From positions 32,001 to 96,000 of IMG/VR virus record IMGVR_UViG_3300037882_001492: a stretch of DNA of 64,000 nucleotides, one strand, 5' to 3'. Under the pieces are notes generated by a model. The model did not search any database and was not told the DNA's origin. It was given only the letters and a program-made list of their open reading frames with translations. Numbering within the stretch: position 1 is the stretch's first letter; each line of letters opens with the position of its first letter. Shown here piece by piece: positions 57,083-64,000 of the stretch. Made by a program: the position numbers and the translations under genes. The DNA is from a virus.

Positions 57083-60000
57083 TAGAAGTCAATTGTCCAT
57101 ACAATTGTTATAAAGTTTGAAGCCGGGTTAATTTGCAATCCGCCTGGGAAAAACACCTTCTTAGCAAACAGTCGAAAAACAGGTTCATAATTGCTTAAAT
57201 CACTAGTGTTATATAGACTTGATTGGTATAAAGCGCCGTCCCACACAATACTTAAATTGATATTATTTTTTAACGGAAACGATGTGCGGTAATGAGATAG
57301 AGCAGAAACCGAAGAGAAATTATGCTCAATAATTGTTGAAATACCGCCAGTTGTTTTTTGCAATATTACATCATCTAAAAGAAGATAAGGAATTTCATTA
57401 GAAATTGGATCTCTTTCCCCCCTAATTTTAAATAAAACACTATCATATCCTTTTCCTGATGCTGTAAAAGAGATTGCTTGTGATTCCCATTGTGTATTTT
57501 TTGGCAATGGCACTTCGTTGAAATTATCACTTACAATACTTGCGTATCTTGAATTAGTTTTATAAAGAAAAGATAATTGATAAGAAGTTCCAGAAACAGC
57601 CCATCCGTTAGGATTAACTCTTCCAGGTACAGAACTGAAATTTGTATGGAAATAACAGTTTCCAGTTCGTTTTCCGGCAGCAGCCAATACCTTAGAATTT
57701 CTTAAAGGATAAGGCGCGTCAACAGGAGACGCTTTATAAGTTCCAGGTCCGCCGTAATTACTTTGTAAAGTGTCAGGACTTCCAGAATAGAGGAACGGAG
57801 GTCCGCCTAATCCTTCTTCGGAACCTAGTTTACGGGCTGTTTGTTCATAATCCAGCGTCCACAATCCGGCTGCACCGATTCCGCCGTAGCGACTATTAAG
57901 AAAATGCCACTCTTCCTTAGTGAGAGTCAAAATGTACTTAATCTGCCTATCAACAAGAGGATTTACAGCAGACACTATTAAACCAGCACTTGAATCATAG
58001 ATCGTTTGTGCGTTTGGATGAGTCTTGGTTTGCCTCAAAATAAATCCATTTGGAGTAATTACACCGTATTGATTTAGGTTTCCATAAGCAGAAACATAGC
58101 CGGTTCCAGACCAGATTTCTAGACCACTACCAGGAAGATAAGCACCTTTGTAAATTGCTTCTTCAAAAGATTGATAATCTTGTGGTTTTAAATAATATTC
58201 TTCAATCCTGTTTTCAAAATGTCCAATTGACGATAGTGTAGGAGTTTGAACAAATTTATCAACCGGATTTGGAAATTCAGGGAAAACAGACGAAGCATCG
58301 GCTAATGTAGTCAGTTCATAGAATCTTAAATTATTGAGAACTAATCTACTGTCCCCTAGTGGTACAATTGAAAAGAGTGCTGTAATTTTATCAAAATCTC
58401 TTCGATCATATGGAAGAGTTATAGTAGGAGACACCCAGTTTTCTACTGGTGTTGAATTTGCAACATTGTATGGGAACGATCCTATTCTATAGGTTCCTGA
58501 CAAATCAGAACTTGAAACATTACCTAAATACGGTTTGAATTTATTATCAACTGTATCCCAAATAAGTATTTTTCCATCAGTTTTCGAATAAATTAAACTA
58601 GCGTATAATGCCGTATTGTTTCCTAAATCGTTTACATAATCTATTGAGAATTTAAATTTGTTCGATACTAAGTCTAAGTTCTTAACTGGAACTGTGTATG
58701 AAACTAACCCTGGGACCGTATTAGCAGTTCCCGCAGAATAACTTATACCTTTGATTCCAGAGACAGCAAAGTTACCAAACACAGGTTTTGTTGTGTGCGG
58801 AGAAGAAGAAAGCCCTAATATCCATCCGTTTTCAAAATCACTCTTTATCCAATACTTTGCTAAATTCTCAGAAGTTGGAATATGGACTTCGGCAATACTT
58901 TCTGGTCCATTATAAGAACCTAGAGCTAAATCTACTAAACCGATCTTCTTAAATAACGCTCCTGGTCCTGATTTGTGGAAGATGAAAATATCATAAGTAC
59001 TATCCAAGGTCGCTCCGGTCGGAATAGTACCTAATCCAAAATCATTGCTTTCAAAGTTAGCGTTGAATTGATTTTGACCGTAAATCGGAATAACGGTTTG
59101 AGAATCGGTCGTAGCAGAAAATTCAATTAATGCATTTGGAACATATGGTTCCATCATTGAACCAAGTAGACTTCCATTTAGGGAAGACAGTATCCAATTA
59201 CCGTTTCCGTTATAATAAGCAACACCAGTTCTACCGCTTTGTTCAAACCATTCTGTGTTATCTAATGGATAGTAAGTTCCATTAAGTCTCCAATCCCAAA
59301 TATAAGTTTCTTCACTTAAAGTTGGGAACATTGACTCTTCTCTTTTTCCAAAAGTTTGAAGAACTAGTGCACCATAATACGAAGTTGGAATTACATAATT
59401 TAAAATCTGGCTTCCAATGACTCTGAAAGTAAATTCAGACTCTTCTTCCATGTCAATTGTGTAATCACCCGACGACGCATAAAGAATTGGAGGAACAATA
59501 TTTCTTTCAAATAGTTCAAATTTTCTTGTAGTGAAATTATACCATAAGTGTTTATCTGAATTATTTCTCGCTCTAAAATAGATGGCTAGATGTGGTCTTT
59601 CTTCAACACTTTCTGGTTTAAACAAATTCCATGACATTGTATGAACGCCAGAATCACACGGAACAAATAATCTAATTCCGCTTGTTTGGAATTCACCATC
59701 ATACTTAACACATTTAAATGTTATGTCGTAGTCTTCTCTATTCTCATCATTACTTAATGGCGAAGCGTATGCGGACACGCTCGTATAAGGGTTTAAATAT
59801 TTTAAATAACCAATATAGGCAGATTTATTATTAACGGGCGGTTCGTCTAATTTCATCAAACCTGCTATTGCCATTAAATTAGTTTCGTTGGAACCGTTTA
59901 CATTATTGAAAGCTTTATGTGCTACGAGTAAATTAAAGACCGAAGTTCCACTTAAGCTGTGTGCGTCAATTACTAGGTTATAAGCCTTGTCAGGGTTTAT

Positions 60001-61704
60001 GCCGTTGAATTTAGAACCAATGAATACATTATTAGCGTAAGTTGTCCCTGTGATCGAATGTGCAGCATTTCCAGATAAAATTATTCCAGGCTCGGCTTCA
60101 AACGATGGCAACATAATAGACCCGCTTAAAGTATTTGCAAAACCATATTCCCATCCAGGCAAAGATGCAAAGGACAGATTCTTTAAGATATATGTGTTGA
60201 ATGCGGAACCTGTTCCGTTTCCTTTAAAGAAGATTTCAAATAAGGAATCGTATTTATCCCCTAACGGAATCATAACGCTATAGCGTTTAAACTGTCCTGG
60301 ATGATCCTTACCGGCCACTAGCGGAATATTTGTTCCCCACGCCTCTGCAACGGTGTTAGCCGTTCCACTAAAGGCAAAATATTCATTCGTCGTTATATCT
60401 TTTAATTCTACATTAAAGCCTTGAGCGCCAGAAGATGCTTGAAACAAATCGAATTCCAAGAACAAAAATGGCTTATATCCCCCGGCCTTTTCAGAGAAAT
60501 AATCTAAGAAGGTACTCTTAATAAAATCAGGGGCGACAAAAACTTGGGAGATAGAAGCGGCACCGCTTCCAGTTAAAGACGATGCTACTAATTTAACTCC
60601 ATACGAATTTCCCTCAAACGAACTTAAAGAAACATACCCTAATCCAGATAATTCAATTTCTGGATTTGTGGAATTTAACAGAGGGGATATTACTTTCCAT
60701 CCTTTAATAGTTTTTAAGTTTAATGAATTAGCCAGTTCACCGTTAAACGAAGACAGGGTTAAATCAGCAAAGAAATCAAAATTAGAGTTATGTAACCAAG
60801 AGTTTTTATCTTTGAACTCTGGATTTTGTAGTGAATAAGTATCAGCGTTCAAAACTGTTACTTTTGTAATCTCTGCCAACTCAGTTGTTAACAGGTTGTT
60901 AACAGGCATTCTAATTAGGATTTTATATTGTAAATCTAATGATTGAGGGACAAACGCTGCATCAATTTGATTGTATGGGTTATCGAATAACAGCGATACT
61001 TTACCTAACGGGTCCAGAGTTAGTGGAACAAAATGTTCACCAACATCAAATATTTTAGTGTTGAAGTTAAAGTATTGGAATCCTCCTTTACCACCAAAAC
61101 TTGCTTTTGTAGTAATGACGGCAACTTCAACGGTTCCGCTTCCCTCAAACTCTAGACAATAATCTTTACCAAACTTAAATGGAACTTGTGATTCAAAAGT
61201 AGTGGTTGCACGACCGTTGGGTTTTTTAACTGTAAGTGCAAACTCGTCTTGTTCAATAACAGGATCAAATGCCTTCGAATATAGAGCAAATTCATCTGGA
61301 TAAATTGATGTTACAAAAGAAACAAAGCCGTCTTGACTATATCGGCTTGATCTCCCAGTTTGCCCGAAAGTTGCAAAACTATCTGGAACCGTATGCAAAA
61401 CATGAATTCCAGAGCCGTCTCCTGAGACATTTAGATAGTGAGTTCCAGAAGCGTGAATATATCTAACTCCGTCTCTAGAATCCTTTACTTTTAAATTGTA
61501 TTGCGGTGGGCCTAATGAAATCGCTTGAACAGTATACGAGGAAACAGCATTAAGTGAAACCGAACTTATTGACGATGGTGCAGTTCTATGTGTTAAAATA
61601 TCAACAACAGTTTCCATCGCTCCATCAACGATTAAATTGGATTCTTCTTTAATTAATTGTAAAGAATCCCCAATATGTTCAAAAATCTCAACTTTGCCTT
61701 TCAT
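57082..61704 (-). CDS. 1540 aa structural protein, paralogous at both termini to 56501..57082
   Basis: MKGKVEIF...NLIVDG at the start; LFAKKVF...IVWTIDF at the end. Confidence 0.7.
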   Translation of the reverse strand: MKGKVEIFEHIGDSLQLIKEESNLIVDGAMETVVDILTHRTAPSSISSVSLNAVSSYTVQAISLGPPQYNLKVKDSRDGVRYIHASGTHYLNVSGDGSGIHVLHTVPDSFATFGQTGRSSRYSQDGFVSFVTSIYPDEFALYSKAFDPVIEQDEFALTVKKPNGRATTTFESQVPFKFGKDYCLEFEGSGTVEVAVITTKASFGGKGGFQYFNFNTKIFDVGEHFVPLTLDPLGKVSLLFDNPYNQIDAAFVPQSLDLQYKILIRMPVNNLLTTELAEITKVTVLNADTYSLQNPEFKDKNSWLHNSNFDFFADLTLSSFNGELANSLNLKTIKGWKVISPLLNSTNPEIELSGLGYVSLSSFEGNSYGVKLVASSLTGSGAASISQVFVAPDFIKSTFLDYFSEKAGGYKPFLFLEFDLFQASSGAQGFNVELKDITTNEYFAFSGTANTVAEAWGTNIPLVAGKDHPGQFKRYSVMIPLGDKYDSLFEIFFKGNGTGSAFNTYILKNLSFASLPGWEYGFANTLSGSIMLPSFEAEPGIILSGNAAHSITGTTYANNVFIGSKFNGINPDKAYNLVIDAHSLSGTSVFNLLVAHKAFNNVNGSNETNLMAIAGLMKLDEPPVNNKSAYIGYLKYLNPYTSVSAYASPLSNDENREDYDITFKCVKYDGEFQTSGIRLFVPCDSGVHTMSWNLFKPESVEERPHLAIYFRARNNSDKHLWYNFTTRKFELFERNIVPPILYASSGDYTIDMEEESEFTFRVIGSQILNYVIPTSYYGALVLQTFGKREESMFPTLSEETYIWDWRLNGTYYPLDNTEWFEQSGRTGVAYYNGNGNWILSSLNGSLLGSMMEPYVPNALIEFSATTDSQTVIPIYGQNQFNANFESNDFGLGTIPTGATLDSTYDIFIFHKSGPGALFKKIGLVDLALGSYNGPESIAEVHIPTSENLAKYWIKSDFENGWILGLSSSPHTTKPVFGNFAVSGIKGISYSAGTANTVPGLVSYTVPVKNLDLVSNKFKFSIDYVNDLGNNTALYASLIYSKTDGKILIWDTVDNKFKPYLGNVSSSDLSGTYRIGSFPYNVANSTPVENWVSPTITLPYDRRDFDKITALFSIVPLGDSRLVLNNLRFYELTTLADASSVFPEFPNPVDKFVQTPTLSSIGHFENRIEEYYLKPQDYQSFEEAIYKGAYLPGSGLEIWSGTGYVSAYGNLNQYGVITPNGFILRQTKTHPNAQTIYDSSAGLIVSAVNPLVDRQIKYILTLTKEEWHFLNSRYGGIGAAGLWTLDYEQTARKLGSEEGLGGPPFLYSGSPDTLQSNYGGPGTYKASPVDAPYPLRNSKVLAAAGKRTGNCYFHTNFSSVPGRVNPNGWAVSGTSYQLSFLYKTNSRYASIVSDNFNEVPLPKNTQWESQAISFTASGKGYDSVLFKIRGERDPISNEIPYLLLDDVILQKTTGGISTIIEHNFSSVSALSHYRTSFPLKNNINLSIVWDGALYQSSLYNTSDLSNYEPVFRLFAKKVFFPGGLQINPASNFITIVWTIDF

Positions 61705-64000
61705 TAAATTTCGTAAATTGTTAGTCCGCCTGAATTAGCATTTGAATAAGTTCCACCGTATTGTTCTAAATAAACTTCTCTGGAACCCCCATCAGAACCC
61801 ACACCAAAAGACTCTGAAATTGCAGAATTTCTAGAAATAACAGTATCTTTAAATATAGTAAACACGGCCATTAAAGCATTTGCTTCTTCCTTAGTATAGT
61901 TAGTGTTTACGCTGCCATATTTTAAATCTCTCAACTTAACATATTCAAATCTAACCGATGGGCGGTATAGATCGTTCGAAACATTCCAATATTCAAAAAT
62001 CGGTTGGATTTCAATATAATACGCTGAATGCATTCCATGAACATTTAAGTATCGCGGCTCCATTAGCAACTTTCTAGTTTTCAAATCTAATGGACCATAT
62101 TCATTCAAAGTATGAACATTAAACTTTATTTCTGTTTCCCCATCTTCTAAAACAAATTCTTTGTAGTATGTGTTATACTTCCCTTTCTCTAGTAACATCC
62201 AACGATTGCGCTTGAAATCAAAGATGAAGCGGTCAGATTTATTGTAATCACATAAATAAGGTCTATCTGGTGTATAGACTCGTACACGGAATCTGTTTAA
62301 TCCTTTTCCTGAAATAGACGAATATGATTGACTGTTAACTTTTATTACACATTCAAAAGTACGATTTGATAATAAAGTATTCTCGTTTGTCTTTGTTAAA
62401 AATACATCGCGCAAGAAAGCAGATTTAGTGCTTCCTGATGCTGAGATGCCAACACCTAAGTTGTAAGAATCTGAAATATCAAAAGTAGGATCAATTTTAA
62501 TTACAGGAGGGACTACGGGAACCCAATCAGCAACATTCCCGTTAATAGCCGACGCTCTATAAGAACCGGATGCGCTAGTTACCCATGTTGAATTATAGAA
62601 ATCATAATAACGATTTCTTTCGTTATTGTACAGAAAGTATCCAATTGCGCCAGATGCATCTGGAGCATAACCGTTCGAACTGATTTGATAAAAATCTCCT
62701 GGGATAAGGTTATGAATATGATCGCTTATCGCTCTGGCACCGTTTAACGAACTGAACCCAACAGTCGAATCTACAAATTTTAGAGCGCGATACGATCCTT
62801 CAATATCTTTCGAATTAATTGAAGTAATACCGCTTAATTGTAGTGGCGTTACACTTCCGATAAGTTTCCAATAAGAAACAGAGGAAGTTTGTGAATTACT
62901 CAATAGGTTTTCATCTGTTGGACGATTAAAGAATCTTGGATTTCTAACTAAGAATTCATTTCGAACGAACGGCAATCTTATTTTCACTTGATCTTCAACA
63001 GGAATATTGTCCTTTCCACCAAAGAAAGTTATGCCAGAAATATCTGCTAATTGTTCTCTATGGCATCCGGTAACAGGAACCGAAGACATATCCGCTACAA
63101 TAACAGTAGTTGTATTCTCTTTAGCAATGACTTCAATACCAGATAGTTGACTTTTGTTTGCAAAGAAAACCTTGTTCTGCTCATCGAAATCTAATTTAGA
63201 TAAATAAGACCCCCAACCATTTCTCCACACTAATCCTTTTCTAGTGATTTCTCGCAATTGATTGTCGTGAGTGCGGTAAGAATGCCCTGGTGTAATACCG
63301 TTAGACCCAAAGATAAAAGCATATTCAGGAGAGTCAAGTTTTTCAGATTCCCCTTTATAAGCGAACTGACCGGAAGTTTCATTGTTTCCAGCAATACCGC
63401 TAAACTCAAAATTATAATTAAAGACTAGTGGGCCAAACGCATGATTTAATGAATGGAACGAGTTTCCATTAATGTTTCCTTCAAACAAACGATAACTGTC
63501 AATCCATAAATTGAATAAATCTCTAAAAGAAATTCCCTCAATGAAGTCCAAATCAAATCTTAAATAAGTTGAATCGCTCTGTCCTCTGCGTAATAAATAA
63601 TCTACAATGGCTTTGTAGAATGATCCGGTTGCTAAAACCGCTCTTGGTGAATACAATGAGCCTGATGCATTATCGTCAACTCCCATAAACAACATTACAG
63701 ATGAAACTGGAATTCCCATGAATGTTGAACTAGGAGCAGCAAAACTAATGGTATTGCTTTCTACAACAGGAGAGTTTGAAGTGTCATAAACTCCGCTCAA
63801 TGCTACTGATAACGGACTTATAAAGTGTTGTCCAGAGAAATTAAACCCTAAAGGAATATATTGGGAGGTATTTCTTAGACTTCCTAATGACGAAGTATAA
63901 AAATAAGTCGGAGTAGGAATTGCTTTACCTCCAAAGTTATAACCTTCACCCGATACAACATATCTAAAATTTCTTCTTCTTGTTGCCTTTCTATCAATAT
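61704..64000 (-). CDS. large structural protein, 5' end outside the window
   Basis: The frame stays open upstream of the TTG at 63800 to the window edge (IDRKATRRRNFRYVVSG...YIPLGFNFS). Confidence 0.7.
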   Translation of the reverse strand, partial: IDRKATRRRNFRYVVSGEGYNFGGKAIPTPTYFYTSSLGSLRNTSQYIPLGFNFSGQHFISPLSVALSGVYDTSNSPVVESNTISFAAPSSTFMGIPVSSVMLFMGVDDNASGSLYSPRAVLATGSFYKAIVDYLLRRGQSDSTYLRFDLDFIEGISFRDLFNLWIDSYRLFEGNINGNSFHSLNHAFGPLVFNYNFEFSGIAGNNETSGQFAYKGESEKLDSPEYAFIFGSNGITPGHSYRTHDNQLREITRKGLVWRNGWGSYLSKLDFDEQNKVFFANKSQLSGIEVIAKENTTTVIVADMSSVPVTGCHREQLADISGITFFGGKDNIPVEDQVKIRLPFVRNEFLVRNPRFFNRPTDENLLSNSQTSSVSYWKLIGSVTPLQLSGITSINSKDIEGSYRALKFVDSTVGFSSLNGARAISDHIHNLIPGDFYQISSNGYAPDASGAIGYFLYNNERNRYYDFYNSTWVTSASGSYRASAINGNVADWVPVVPPVIKIDPTFDISDSYNLGVGISASGSTKSAFLRDVFLTKTNENTLLSNRTFECVIKVNSQSYSSISGKGLNRFRVRVYTPDRPYLCDYNKSDRFIFDFKRNRWMLLEKGKYNTYYKEFVLEDGETEIKFNVHTLNEYGPLDLKTRKLLMEPRYLNVHGMHSAYYIEIQPIFEYWNVSNDLYRPSVRFEYVKLRDLKYGSVNTNYTKEEANALMAVFTIFKDTVISRNSAISESFGVGSDGGSREVYLEQYGGTYSNANSGGLTIYEI

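Noticed and set aside
7220-61466. Numerous short plus-strand and nested alternate-frame ORFs (e.g. 7220..7564, 9618..10019, 12669..12863, 51954..52430, 54180..54803)
   Set aside because: They overlap well-supported minus-strand genes and show no recognisable motifs.
1-64000. Genome-wide TAG reassignment (genetic code 15)
   Set aside because: ORFs of 1000-1540 aa are uninterrupted under code 11 and several genes end plausibly at TAG. Only two candidate in-frame ambers were seen.

Overview
AT-rich, densely packed segment of a large T4-like (contractile-tailed) bacteriophage genome, almost all on the minus strand. Left to right it holds five blocks. (1) An accessory region: DUF932, RNA ligase 2, a NAMPT remnant, DUF3310, tRNA-Val, tRNA-Pro, an HNH gene, a repeat-rich fibre-like protein, a PAS-TM protein and a Clp-like ATPase. 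(2) UvsX followed by a ~8 kb GDP-sugar, glycosyltransferase and methyltransferase cluster. (3) A glycosyltransferase carrying an intein. (4) A replication module: gp32, UvsY, gp41, dUTPase, intein-containing NrdJ, GroES, gp46/47, a split UDG-exo/PolA polymerase, gp55 late sigma and a resolvase. (5) A structural module: tube, sheath, gp15-like, gp13-like, major capsid, scaffold, prohead protease and large Ser/Gly-rich tail or baseplate proteins. The most notable signals are a candidate late-expressed virion glycosylation system, an intein in a glycosyltransferase, two in-frame amber codons (one would join a lipoprotein to a TM protein, giving a u-spanin-like topology), a late-promoted PAS-TM protein and widespread leaderless promoters. 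All family calls come from motif recognition by eye; no database searches were run.
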